The position numbers and the translations under genes are program-made. DNA of 64,000 bases from Gammaproteobacteria bacterium (GTDB taxonomy: Bacteria > Pseudomonadota > Gammaproteobacteria > Steroidobacterales > UBA11654). The stretch is taken from positions 24,749 through 88,748 of the forward strand of contig JAQWQE010000029.1 in the NCBI GenBank assembly GCA_029244925.1. The letters run 5' to 3'. Under the pieces are notes generated by a model. The model was given only the letters and a program-made list of their open reading frames with translations, searched no databases and was not told where the DNA came from. This document shows positions 10,101 through 19,347 of the stretch, piece by piece (position 1 is the first letter of the stretch; each line of letters starts with the position of its first letter).

Positions 10101-11769
10101 CTAAGTTTTTTTCAGGGCCAATATAACACTCTAAAGACATTATGATTTTTTCTCTAATTGAATCAATAGCAGGATTGGATACTTGAGCAAATAATTGCTT
10201 AAAGTAATCAAAAAGTAACCTTGGTTTATCGCTTAAAACAGCAAGCGCTGAGTCATTGCCCATTGATCCCAGTGGATCTCTTAAATCATGAATCATAGGC
10301 AAGAGAACAAACTCAAGAGTCTCAGAGGTATACCCAAATGCTCTCATTCTTTGTAGTAGTTCTTTCTGAGAATATCTTTCGGGAATTCTGTTGTTTTTAA
10401 TGTTTCTAAAAATAATTCGGTTTTGAATCAGCCAATCTTTGTAAGGGTGTTTTTCAATCAGTGGGTTTTTTACCTCATCATCTGAAAGAACCACACCCTT
10501 CTTAAAATCAATTAAAAAGATTTTACCTGGCTCTAATCTACCCTTAACTAGGACTTCACTCTCATGGACTGGCAAAACACCTACCTCGCTAGCCATAATC
10601 ACTTTTTGATCTTTGGTAATATAATACCTGCTAGGCCTAAGGCCATTTCTGTCGAGGATGGAACCAATGACATCTCCATTGGTAAAGGTTATACAAGCAG
10701 GTCCGTCCCAAGGCTCCATAAGCGTTGACTGATATTCGTAATAAGCCTTTCTTTCATCAGACAATGTTTTCTTTTTTTGCCAGGCTTCAGGAATCATCAT
10801 AAGAATTGATTCTTCAATGCTTCTTCCATTCATATATAGAAATTCAAGAGCATTATCAAAATTACCAGAATCGGAACAGTTGGGTTCTATTATTGGGAAA
10901 AGATCAGAAGTATTCTTACCAAATATTTTAGATGAAATGTTTCCCTCCCTTGCTTTCATCCAATTGTTATTCCCTTTTATTGTATTGATCTCTCCATTAT
11001 GAGAAATCAGCCTGTTGGGCATAGCTCTATCCCAACTAGGAAAAGTATTAGTGGAAAAACGCGAATGAACCATACCAAAATGAGATTGATAATCTTCATC
11101 TTGTAAATCCACATAAAGTTTGGAGAGTTGATCGCATGTCAGCATGCCTTTATAAACGATTGTTTTCGATGAAAGGCTACAAATATATAAAAGATCTGCT
11201 TCTTTTAGGCTTGCATTCATCCGCAATTGATTGCTGGTATTTTTTCTAATCAAATAAAGCTTTTGCTCAAAATCCTGCTGGTTAATGCCTTGGCTATTAT
11301 GCAACAGCAGTTGCTCTATATTAGGCATTGCTGCCATTGCTGAATCTCCAAGATTAGAACCTTTAATATCAAGAGGTACCATTCTCCAGCCTATAAATTT
11401 TAGATCATACTCATTGCATTTCTGTTCTATTATTTTCTTACAATAATCTTTTTCTTCCTGATTTTGGGGAAGAAAAATAATACCAGTCGCATATAAATGA
11501 AGCTCTGTTGTCTCAATATTAAAATCAACCTTAAGTATTTTTTTCAAAAAAGATAAAGGCATGCCGGTTAATATGCCTGCACCATCTCCAGTATTTTTTT
11601 CAGCTCCTCTTGCTCCCCTATGATCCATATTCTCTAGTACAGTCAGAGCATCTGTGACAATATTTCTGCTTTGATTGCCTTCTATATTGGCAACAAAACC
11701 TAAACCACAGTTGTCTTTCTCAAACTGAGAGTCATAAAGTCCAACCTTATTTTTTGGCTTAAAATACAT
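7138..11769 (-). CDS. gltB: Glutamate synthase large subunit
   Basis: 1543 aa. Short propeptide before the catalytic Cys (DNCGLGF), a central FMN/Fe-S region, and a C-terminal GXGXG domain. Immediately upstream of gltD. Confidence 0.97.
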   Translation of the reverse strand: MYFKPKNKVGLYDSQFEKDNCGLGFVANIEGNQSRNIVTDALTVLENMDHRGARGAEKNTGDGAGILTGMPLSFLKKILKVDFNIETTELHLYATGIIFLPQNQEEKDYCKKIIEQKCNEYDLKFIGWRMVPLDIKGSNLGDSAMAAMPNIEQLLLHNSQGINQQDFEQKLYLIRKNTSNQLRMNASLKEADLLYICSLSSKTIVYKGMLTCDQLSKLYVDLQDEDYQSHFGMVHSRFSTNTFPSWDRAMPNRLISHNGEINTIKGNNNWMKAREGNISSKIFGKNTSDLFPIIEPNCSDSGNFDNALEFLYMNGRSIEESILMMIPEAWQKKKTLSDERKAYYEYQSTLMEPWDGPACITFTNGDVIGSILDRNGLRPSRYYITKDQKVIMASEVGVLPVHESEVLVKGRLEPGKIFLIDFKKGVVLSDDEVKNPLIEKHPYKDWLIQNRIIFRNIKNNRIPERYSQKELLQRMRAFGYTSETLEFVLLPMIHDLRDPLGSMGNDSALAVLSDKPRLLFDYFKQLFAQVSNPAIDSIREKIIMSLECYIGPEKNLVEPTKEHAARLLVENPILTDTALAAIKHLNHNGQRSKTVDITFDASEDSKESLQIRINELCSEVEEAVDEGFSFVVLSDRMAKKDKAAMSMLMACGAVHHHLVKIAKRTQIGIVVESAEAREVHHFCLLFGYGADAINPYLAYGAILQARDDGLIGHSHHHRGPENRIPLTDDIELIDAYRQAAVKGILKVMGKMGISTLQSYKGAQIFEAVGLANNVIELCFSGTASRVSGSGFNVLKDEAIRRHKLGFPNNKSLAIASLPNPGEYHWRSKGEKKAWNPEAIWSLQYAARMNDQSAYKKFAKIANAQAEESLSLRGLLSFQAIEKNQQIDISDVEPASSIVKRFNTGAMSFGSISSEAHETLAIAMNRIGGKSNSGEGGEDPNRFKPLSNGDSKSSAIKQIASGRFGVTASYIASAKQLQIKIAQGAKPGEGGELPGRKVDEKIASIRYSTPGVGLISPPPHHDIYSIEDLSQLIFDLKNANRRAEISVKLVSEVGIGTIAAGVVKAHADHIVVSGDVGGTGASPLTSIKNAGLPWELGIAEVHQTLVLNNLRSRVKVQTDGGLKTGRDIIIAALLGAEEMGFSTAPLITMGCIMMRKCHLNTCPVGIATQDKILREKFTGQPEHVINYLFMVAEEAREIMATLGIKTFDELVGRVDLLESNTAIDHWKGSHLDLSLLLQKATDLRPNVGVIKTIEQDHNIKNVLDRHLIRSAKASIKSKEKIEISVPISNQNRATGAMLSNEVVKAWGEEALPNDTINVYFKGSAGQSFGAFLSKGISFNLSGDSNDYVGKGLSGGKIIVTPPKESLFKAENNIIIGNVAMYGATSGIGFFRGRAAERFCVRNSGARAVVEGVGDHACEYMTGGRVVILGPTGVNFGAGMSGGIAYIYDPNNNFESNCNSGMVELEAVEDKESIAELLRLVELHYRYTSSEIAENILNEWPSVLSHFIKVMPTDYKRVLQERTEHNEEIESTFNIEDRKSKRRGN

Positions 11770-12028
11770 AGATAATTTAGCTTTTTAACAGTTCTTTTGG
11801 AAAAATCGAGAATCAACAATTTAGAAAATAAATTGCACATCAAGAACAACAAAAAAGATCATACCATTTTTTGAATATTTTTTCTCTAAGCTATGTATTA
11901 TATGGAGAGAAAATAATTTTTCGGCTGTTTTAACAAGGAATCAAATGAATGAATTCAACTTAATTATAACAACCATCAATTCTATACTATAGAATGATTA
12001 CACTCTTTATTCACTTCTACTAACTGGG

Positions 12029-13606
12029 GTGGTTTTTACTGTGTGGAGTGGCTTCTCACAATACTATGCACTTACCCATGGGGTGAAGGTAATCAGAGGT
12101 GATTATGATAAAGCAGATGATCCAGGAGCTATTTCTCATTTTCAGGCGCTCTCAACTGCATTATCAGCAACGGTAGGCTTGGGTAATATTGGTGGTGTAG
12201 CGCTTGCAATTTCTTTAGGCGGCCCTGGGGCGGTCTTCTGGATGTGGATTGTCGGTTTTCTTGGCATGGCTATCAAATTGACAGAAGTTTCATTAGCTAT
12301 GATTCACAGAGATACTTCGAATAAAGAAAACCCCAATGGCGGTCCAATGTGGGTAGTTGAAAGGAATCTCATTGGTAAGTCACCTATAATTGTCTTTTTT
12401 GGTAAATTAATTGCTGGAATTTTTTGTACTGCATTGATACTTAATACAATAACAGCTGGTAATATGTTTCAAGCTTGGAATGTAGCCAACTTAACTCAAT
12501 CATATTTTGGCGTTCCCACAGTTGTTACAGGATGCATCTTAGCTATCTTAGTTGGTGCTGTGATAATTGGTGGCATTAAAAGGATTGGTGCTGTGGCATC
12601 AAAATTGGTTCCATTTATGCTTATCCTATATGTTTTAGCATGCATCTTTGTACTCTCAGCTAATCTGGGTCAAATACCAAGTATGTTGGCCTTAATAGTT
12701 ACTTCAGCATTTGAACCATTAGAGGCTAGCAATGCTTTTATTGGAGGCACTGCTGGTTATGCATTTATGTATGGAATGCAAAGAGCATTATTCTCAAATG
12801 AAGCAGGCCAAGGCTCCTCAGCTATTGCTCACTCCGCTGCTAAAACTGATGAACCAATCAGGGAGGGTGTAGTTGCCGGTCTAGAACCTTTTATCGATAC
12901 TATTGTAGTCTGCACTATGAGTGCTTTAGTAATTTTAGTCACAGGCATATGGAACAGGCCAGCTGAAATTAATCTTGATCAAACCACATTTACCCAAACC
13001 TCAGAAAATATATGGTCACTGGAGAGCAATGGATCTGCAATGGATTCATTGCAAAATGGCCAAAGAGTGTTTTTTGTGTATGAAGGTAATCTTAATATTG
13101 AAACTGGTAACAAACTGCAAAAAGTTTATGGAACAGTTTTGCAAACTAATGGCGTAAACTCTATTTCGTGGAACCCTATAGAAAGCAATACTAAACCTGT
13201 TAGCAATGATAATGGGCTCTACTTAGACTATGTTGGTGCAACACTAACCGCTGCAGCTTTTGATAAAGTATTGCCCGGCTTAGGTAAATGGCTGGTTACA
13301 TTAGCTTCTTGGTTGTTTGCTATTTCAACCATGATTTCATGGAGTTATTACGGAGAAAAAGGGGTTGTTTATTTAATGGGAGAAAAAGGGGTTTTTCTTT
13401 ATAAAATTATGTTTTGCATCCTTGTTGTTCTATCAACCACAGGATTTATCCAGACTGATGCTGAACTAAACATGTTTGCTAATCTTGGAACCGGTTTTTG
13501 TATTATAGCCAATCTTCCCATTATATGGTTGTTTGGTTATCAGGCAATGTCCTCCTATAAAGAATACATACGAAAATTAAAAGCGGGGGCATTCACTAGG
13601 AGTTAA
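12029..13606 (+). CDS. Alanine/glycine:cation symporter (AGCS family); N-terminus interrupted by an in-frame TAG (see findings)
   Basis: 525-aa ORF with a GTG start. AGCS signature ISHFQALSTALSATVGLGNIGGVA and many hydrophobic segments. An in-frame ATG at 11945 plus 15 codons precedes a TAG at 11990-11992. Confidence 0.85.
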   Translation: MVFTVWSGFSQYYALTHGVKVIRGDYDKADDPGAISHFQALSTALSATVGLGNIGGVALAISLGGPGAVFWMWIVGFLGMAIKLTEVSLAMIHRDTSNKENPNGGPMWVVERNLIGKSPIIVFFGKLIAGIFCTALILNTITAGNMFQAWNVANLTQSYFGVPTVVTGCILAILVGAVIIGGIKRIGAVASKLVPFMLILYVLACIFVLSANLGQIPSMLALIVTSAFEPLEASNAFIGGTAGYAFMYGMQRALFSNEAGQGSSAIAHSAAKTDEPIREGVVAGLEPFIDTIVVCTMSALVILVTGIWNRPAEINLDQTTFTQTSENIWSLESNGSAMDSLQNGQRVFFVYEGNLNIETGNKLQKVYGTVLQTNGVNSISWNPIESNTKPVSNDNGLYLDYVGATLTAAAFDKVLPGLGKWLVTLASWLFAISTMISWSYYGEKGVVYLMGEKGVFLYKIMFCILVVLSTTGFIQTDAELNMFANLGTGFCIIANLPIIWLFGYQAMSSYKEYIRKLKAGAFTRS

Positions 13607-13610
13607 AAAT

Positions 13611-14435
13611 ATGAAAAAAGAAATTAAGATTAAGCCTTTTTGGTATTCAGATATTTGGTTATTTCCAAAGCTGATTACTATTATCACTACTCTAGATAAA
13701 GAAGGGAATGTCAATGCTGGCCCTTATTCTCATATTATGCAATATGATGTTATGACGAAAAACCCAAGGATGATTGTTGGCTTTCGGCAAGATTCTCACT
13801 CTTTTGTTAATATTTGTGATACGGGTGAGTTTGTCATTAATTGCCCTAGTGCTTCACATCTAGACGATATGATGGAAACAGCTAAATTTTATCCTGAAGG
13901 AGTCAATGAGTTAGAGTTTACAAAGTTTACCCAAATCCCATCTTTAAAAGTAAAACCTCCAAGCTTAAAAGAGTGTCCACAAATTGCTGAATGCACTGTC
14001 GATGAAATTGTAAAGTTAGAGAAAAGCACTGGTATTGTTATTGCTACAATTCAAGCAATTGTAGTGGATGAAGAACTCGAAACAATGGGCAGAGAAGAGC
14101 GTATAAGAACAATGAATCTTCCTATCGGTATGGGTGACGAAGCTAGACAAGATTACTATCATGCAACCGTTGGAGAGCTAACGAAGCATAGGTTAGGACA
14201 ACCTAAGAATGCTATGCAAGGAGCAGATGCTGTGACCAATATGGAGTGGGATAAAGAAGCCATGAAAATGCTTATGAATGTTCCTCCACCACTTAGAAAA
14301 ATGGTTATTCAAAGTACTGAAGAGCATGCTGTTGAAAAAAAAGAAGTTGTTGTGACTTCTAAGGTTTTTACTGAACTTGCTAAATCAGTTGGAATGGATC
14401 CTGAAGTCATGGAACGCTTTAGAAGTGGGGGCTAA
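13611..14435 (+). CDS. Flavin-reductase-like (FMN-binding split-barrel) protein with a C-terminal PCP_red-like domain
   Basis: 274 aa. The N-terminal ~160 aa resemble the Flavin_Reduct family (ITIITTLDKEGNVNAGPYS...). The C-terminal WDKEAMKMLMNVPPPLRKMVIQSTEEHAVEKKEVVVTSKVFTELAK matches the recalled PCP_red pattern W..eA...L..iP.f.R........E..A...g...vT. Confidence 0.6.
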   Translation: MKKEIKIKPFWYSDIWLFPKLITIITTLDKEGNVNAGPYSHIMQYDVMTKNPRMIVGFRQDSHSFVNICDTGEFVINCPSASHLDDMMETAKFYPEGVNELEFTKFTQIPSLKVKPPSLKECPQIAECTVDEIVKLEKSTGIVIATIQAIVVDEELETMGREERIRTMNLPIGMGDEARQDYYHATVGELTKHRLGQPKNAMQGADAVTNMEWDKEAMKMLMNVPPPLRKMVIQSTEEHAVEKKEVVVTSKVFTELAKSVGMDPEVMERFRSGG

Positions 14436-14482
14436 ATATAAACCTTAATGCATCTTAGTTTTTTGTAAGCGGCCTCTAAAAA

Positions 14483-15940
14483 ATGGAAATAATAAATAAA
14501 AACCTTATTAAGCATCAATCCTATATTGATGGCGAATGGTTAGAGATGTTAGATGGATCAACTACATCAATATACAACCCTGCCAATCAAGAAAAAATAG
14601 GGGATGTATCAAGTTGTGGAATAAAGGAAATAAACAAAGCAATTGAAGCTGCCTGTATTGCTCAAAAAAAGTGGGCTAAAGTTCCTTCGAAAGAAAAATC
14701 AGAAGCCCTCAATAGACTGTATTTATTGATGCTTGAAAACCAAGAAGATTTAGCAAAAATTATTACTTATGAGCAAGGCAAGCCCTTACTAGAATCCAGA
14801 GGTGAAATTCTTTATGGAGCTGCATATATTCAGTGGTTTGCTGAAGAGGCTAAAAGAATTTATGGGGACATCATACCTGGGCATATGTCTGACAGAAGAA
14901 CAGTTGTCATAAAGCAACCAATTGGTGTTGTTGGTTGTATAACTCCTTGGAACTTCCCATCAGCAATGCTTGCTAGAAAAATGGGTCCAGCGCTTGCTTC
15001 AGGTTGTGCTATGGTTTGTAAGCCTGCTCCTCAAACACCATACTCTGCCTTAGCACTAGCCTATTTATCAAAAGAGGCTGGTCTGCCAAAAGGTTTGTTT
15101 AATGTGATAATAAGTGATGCTGAGATCTTTGGTAGTGCAATACTCAAAAGTTCTGCAGTCAGAAAACTTACCTTCACGGGATCTACAGCGACTGGGAAAA
15201 AATTACTTAAAGCTTCGGCTGATACAGTTAAAAGAGTATCACTCGAATTGGGTGGCCATGCCCCATTTATAGTGTTTGATGATGCTGACCTTGAGTCAGC
15301 AATTGATGGAGCGATAGCAGCCAAATATAGAAACTCGGGCCAAACTTGTGTGTGTGCCAATAGAATTTATGTGCAATCAAAAATTTATGAAAAGTTTTGT
15401 GAGGGGTTTATCGAAAAAGTAAAATTAATTAAAACTGGCAATGGATTAGATGATGATACCGATCAAGGCCCTTTAATTGATGAAAACGCTTTAATAAAAA
15501 CAAAGAAACATGTAAGCAATGCTACAGAACTTGGTGGTCTAATCGCCTTGGGTGGGAAAACCCATAAGTTAGGTGGCCTCTTTTTTGAGCCAACAATTAT
15601 TAAAAATTCGAATGATAAGATGTTAGTAGCGAATGAAGAGACTTTTGGGCCGGTTGCTCCTATTTTTGCTTTCGAAACTGAAAGAGAAGTAATTCAAAGA
15701 GCAAATAACTCTCCTTATGGCCTTGCTTCGTACTTCTATACCCGTGATTTAGCTAAAAGCTGGAGAGTGTCAGAAGAGTTAGAGTATGGAATGGTGGGCT
15801 TGAATACCGGAATAATATCCTCAGAAATGGCTCCATTTGGTGGCATAAAAGAGTCAGGCATGGGAAGAGAGGGTTCAAAATATGGTATGGATGACTACTT
15901 GGAAATTAAATACATCTCAATCGCAGGGGTTGACGACTAA
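14483..15940 (+). CDS. gabD: Succinate-semialdehyde dehydrogenase, NAD(P)+
   Basis: 485 aa, collinear with E. coli GabD as recalled: ITPWNFP, SLELGGHAPFIVFDDADL, RNSGQTCVCANR, EETFGPVAP, GGIKESGMGREGSKYG. Confidence 0.9.
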   Translation: MEIINKNLIKHQSYIDGEWLEMLDGSTTSIYNPANQEKIGDVSSCGIKEINKAIEAACIAQKKWAKVPSKEKSEALNRLYLLMLENQEDLAKIITYEQGKPLLESRGEILYGAAYIQWFAEEAKRIYGDIIPGHMSDRRTVVIKQPIGVVGCITPWNFPSAMLARKMGPALASGCAMVCKPAPQTPYSALALAYLSKEAGLPKGLFNVIISDAEIFGSAILKSSAVRKLTFTGSTATGKKLLKASADTVKRVSLELGGHAPFIVFDDADLESAIDGAIAAKYRNSGQTCVCANRIYVQSKIYEKFCEGFIEKVKLIKTGNGLDDDTDQGPLIDENALIKTKKHVSNATELGGLIALGGKTHKLGGLFFEPTIIKNSNDKMLVANEETFGPVAPIFAFETEREVIQRANNSPYGLASYFYTRDLAKSWRVSEELEYGMVGLNTGIISSEMAPFGGIKESGMGREGSKYGMDDYLEIKYISIAGVDD

Positions 15941-15998
15941 TACCAATTGCATTAAAGCCCTATCGCTGTATGATTCAGCAAAATTGATCAATTAAATC

Positions 15999-17360
15999 AT
16001 GAAACCTAATAATGCAAAATTAACTCAAGGCAAGCCTTCAAAGGCTATCATATCAATGATGGTGCCAATGGTTATAGGTTTGATAGTAATGATAGGCAAT
16101 GGCTTAGTTGATGCCTATTTTATTGGGAAACTTGGTTATATCCAACTAGCTGCTGTTAGTTATGCATTTCCAGTTTGGTTTATAGTCAGTGGAGTTGTTA
16201 TGGGGCTTGGAGTTGGTACCTCCTCATTAGTAGCAAGAGCTATCGGTTCTGATGATAAAAAAACAGTTAAGAAAATAGCAACTCACTCAATGATTCTTGC
16301 AGTGGTTTCTGGCTCTCTTCTAACTTTTGCTGGATTATCATCAATAGATTTTATATTTGGGTTACTTGGGGCCAATGAAGAAACAATGCCCTATGTAAGA
16401 GAATATATGGAAGTGTATTTTTGGGGTGCTTTATTTTTAGCTGTCCCAATGATTGGAAATTCAGTTCTAAGAGCGTCAGGAGACGCAAAAACCCCTTCCT
16501 TGTTGATGGCATCATCAGCAATTATAAATGCTATTTTAGACCCGATACTAATTTTTGGTTGGTTTGGAGCTCCGGCATTAGGGGTTCAAGGAGCAGCTTT
16601 GGCCAGTGTAGTTGCAAACATCATGTTTCTAATTGCATCACTTTCCGTTCTTATCTTTAGAGATGACTTAATTCAATTCAGAAATCAGACGATTGCAGCA
16701 ATACTTCATTCTTGGAAGAAAATACTTCATGTTGGACTGCCTGCTATTGCGAGTAATTTAATAGCCCCTCTATCATCTGCATTGGTGACGGCTTTGGTCA
16801 GTAGCTATGGCCAAGCTGCGGTTGCCGCTTTTGGCTTAGCTGGAAGAATTGAAGCTTTTATGATTGTTATCTTTATGGCTTTAGGAGGTGCAGTAGCACC
16901 CTATGTTGGACAGAATTATGGAGCAAAAAGATTTGATCGTCTTACTGATGGTTTTAAATTCTGTGCAAGATTATCGCTGTTTTATGCTATTTTTTGTATT
17001 ATTGTTTTTTATGCATTCTCTGGTCCATTATTGAGCTTCTTCACACAAGAGCCTGAAGTGATTCGAATTGCAAAACTACAATTGACTTACACGCCTTGGG
17101 GTTATGGTTTTTTAGGGCTAGTTGCACTATGCAATGGGTCCTTTAATGCATTTGGTAAGCCAATACCTGCCATGACTATATCCATATCAAGAACACTTCT
17201 TGTATATGTCCCAATGGCTTATTTTTTAGCTTCAATATTTGGCATCAAAGGAGTCTTTATAGGTCAAGTTATCTCCAATATTTTAGCTGCTATTGTTGGG
17301 GTTATTTGGTATAAAATAATTTTTAGAAAATTACAAAGTACCGTTGAAAACACTGGCTAA
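15999..17360 (+). CDS. MATE family efflux transporter
   Basis: 453 aa, about 12 hydrophobic segments, a MATE-like N-terminus ([30 protein letters not shown]) and a duplicated half-structure. Confidence 0.85.
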   Translation: MKPNNAKLTQGKPSKAIISMMVPMVIGLIVMIGNGLVDAYFIGKLGYIQLAAVSYAFPVWFIVSGVVMGLGVGTSSLVARAIGSDDKKTVKKIATHSMILAVVSGSLLTFAGLSSIDFIFGLLGANEETMPYVREYMEVYFWGALFLAVPMIGNSVLRASGDAKTPSLLMASSAIINAILDPILIFGWFGAPALGVQGAALASVVANIMFLIASLSVLIFRDDLIQFRNQTIAAILHSWKKILHVGLPAIASNLIAPLSSALVTALVSSYGQAAVAAFGLAGRIEAFMIVIFMALGGAVAPYVGQNYGAKRFDRLTDGFKFCARLSLFYAIFCIIVFYAFSGPLLSFFTQEPEVIRIAKLQLTYTPWGYGFLGLVALCNGSFNAFGKPIPAMTISISRTLLVYVPMAYFLASIFGIKGVFIGQVISNILAAIVGVIWYKIIFRKLQSTVENTG

Positions 17361-19321
17361 TCTTTTCCTTGCAGTTGCTCTAAAATACTCTCATCTTCTA
17401 AGGTAGAAATGTCCTGTGTAATCTTCTCATTTCTCGCTATAGATCTAAGCAGTCGCCTCATAATTTTTCCAGACCGAGTCTTTGGTAAATTATCTGAATA
17501 CCTAATTTCGTCTGGTTTTGCGATTGGCCCTACTTGCTCTGCAACCCAATTTCTAAGAATGACTGTCATTTTTTCAGCATCATCACCTAATGGTCGCTTG
17601 CCTTTTGGAACCACATACGCAAAAATTCCTTCGCCTTTAATTTCATGAGGTTTCCCTACTACTGCTGCTTCCGCTATTTCAGGATGAGCAACCAATGCTG
17701 ACTCTACTTCCATGGTTCCTAATCGATGGCCTGATACATTTAATACATCATCAATCCTTCCTAATATCCAAAAATAACCATCTTTATCTCTATGAGCGCT
17801 ATCCCCTGCAACATAAAACTCATTATTAAATTTCTCCCAATAAGTTTCGACATACCTGTCATTATCTCCCCAAATTGTTCTCAGCATCGAGGGCCAAGGC
17901 TTTTTAATAACTAAATAGCCTCCCTGGTAAGCCTCGGTTACAGGATTTCCTGATTCATCAATAATATCAGCAAAAATACCCGGCAATGGTATCGTGCAAG
18001 AACCTGGTTTGGTGGCTGTTTCAGAAGGAATGGGGCTAATCATAATCCCCCCGGTTTCTGTTTGCCACCAAGTATCAACAATGGGGCATTGTTCTTTGCC
18101 AATTGTTTTATGGTACCAAATCCATGCCTCCGGATTGATTGGTTCACCAACAGTTCCTAGCAGTCTTATTGAAGATAAGTCATAGGCATTTGGTAACTCG
18201 TCTCCTAACTTCATTAATGCTCTAATGGCTGTAGGTGCTGTATAAAATATTGTTACTTTGTGTTTTTGGCATATCTCCCAAAAACGACCGCCATGGGGGT
18301 ATGTGGGTGCCCCCTCATATATCATAATAGTAGCGCCTGCAGCTAGTGGTCCATAGGCAACATAACTATGCCCTGTAATCCAACCAACGTCTGCTGTGCA
18401 CCAAAAAACATCATTATCTTTAAGGTCAAACACCCATTGATTTGTTAATTTTGCATGCAAAATATAACCACCAGCAGAATGTTGTATGCCTTTTGGTTTT
18501 CCAGTGGAGCCTGAGGTATACAATATAAATAAAGGGTGTTCAGATGGCAGTGAAACAGCATCGCAATGTTTGCTTTCTCCGTGGATCAACCTGTCCCACC
18601 AAATGTCTCGTTTTTCATCCATTGCAATGCTTTCATTGGTTCTTTTCAACACAACGACGTGCTCTATGCATTCACAATCTTGTTCTAAAGCAGTATCCGT
18701 TGAATCTTTCAGTGGAATGATTTTGCCGCCCCTGTAAGCGCCATCTGCTGTTATTACTATTTTAGCGCCCGCATCATTAATACGATCTCTTAAAGCATTA
18801 GCAGAAAACCCTCCAAACACAACTGAGTGCACTGCTCCTATTCTTGCACAAGCTTGCATTGCGATAATAGCCTCTGGAACCATCGGCATATAAATGATTA
18901 CTCGATCCATGGGTTGAACTCCAAGTTTGAGCAAACCATTAGAGAAAGCCGAAACCTCTTCTAGTAAATCTTTATAAGTGAATGTCTTTAGTTCGCCGTC
19001 TTCGCTCTCAAAGATAATTGCCTTCTTATTGGGCATAATGCTGGCATGCACGTCCAGACAGTTGTAAGAGACATTGAGTTCTCCATCGGTAAACCATTCA
19101 TAGTTAGGAGCGTTAGATGAGTCCAATGTTTCCGTAAAGTCCTTGAACCAATGAATGTTATTTCTTGCTAGATCTGCCCAATATTCTTCATAATTTTCTT
19201 CTGCCTTTATCCTCAAATCTTGAAAGTCAGATTCTTTTAGCTTGGCCTTTTTTACAAAATTCTGAGTGGGTGCAAAGCTTCTGTTTTCTTTAAGGATAGA
19301 CTCTATGGTTTTTTCATTCAT
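17357..19321 (-). CDS. acs: Acetyl-CoA synthetase
   Basis: 654 aa. AMP-binding motif [20 protein letters not shown], and C-terminal [15 protein letters not shown]. Confidence 0.95.
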   Translation of the reverse strand: MNEKTIESILKENRSFAPTQNFVKKAKLKESDFQDLRIKAEENYEEYWADLARNNIHWFKDFTETLDSSNAPNYEWFTDGELNVSYNCLDVHASIMPNKKAIIFESEDGELKTFTYKDLLEEVSAFSNGLLKLGVQPMDRVIIYMPMVPEAIIAMQACARIGAVHSVVFGGFSANALRDRINDAGAKIVITADGAYRGGKIIPLKDSTDTALEQDCECIEHVVVLKRTNESIAMDEKRDIWWDRLIHGESKHCDAVSLPSEHPLFILYTSGSTGKPKGIQHSAGGYILHAKLTNQWVFDLKDNDVFWCTADVGWITGHSYVAYGPLAAGATIMIYEGAPTYPHGGRFWEICQKHKVTIFYTAPTAIRALMKLGDELPNAYDLSSIRLLGTVGEPINPEAWIWYHKTIGKEQCPIVDTWWQTETGGIMISPIPSETATKPGSCTIPLPGIFADIIDESGNPVTEAYQGGYLVIKKPWPSMLRTIWGDNDRYVETYWEKFNNEFYVAGDSAHRDKDGYFWILGRIDDVLNVSGHRLGTMEVESALVAHPEIAEAAVVGKPHEIKGEGIFAYVVPKGKRPLGDDAEKMTVILRNWVAEQVGPIAKPDEIRYSDNLPKTRSGKIMRRLLRSIARNEKITQDISTLEDESILEQLQGKD

Positions 19322-19347
19322 AAAAATATCTCTATTAAAAATTATAT

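Noticed and set aside
7874-11002. Six 61-72-aa plus-strand ORFs in the ORF track lie inside gltB (7874-8062, 8216-8425, 8903-9121, 9374-9565, 9824-10012, 10817-11002). Similar antisense ORFs lie inside ggt, gltD, acs, priA, argS and topA.
   Set aside because: All lie antisense to long, motif-rich, confidently identified genes. They have low-complexity translations and no recognisable motifs or ribosome-binding sites, so they are chance ORFs.
11770-11944. A possible glycine riboswitch or other leader upstream of the AGCS symporter, since a GGAGAG is present near 11903.
   Set aside because: Apart from GGAGAG I could not find the other conserved glycine-aptamer elements (CACCG, CTCAGG, GGAC-type segments), and there is not enough GC-paired structure. 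The region more likely holds only the divergent gltB and symporter promoters.
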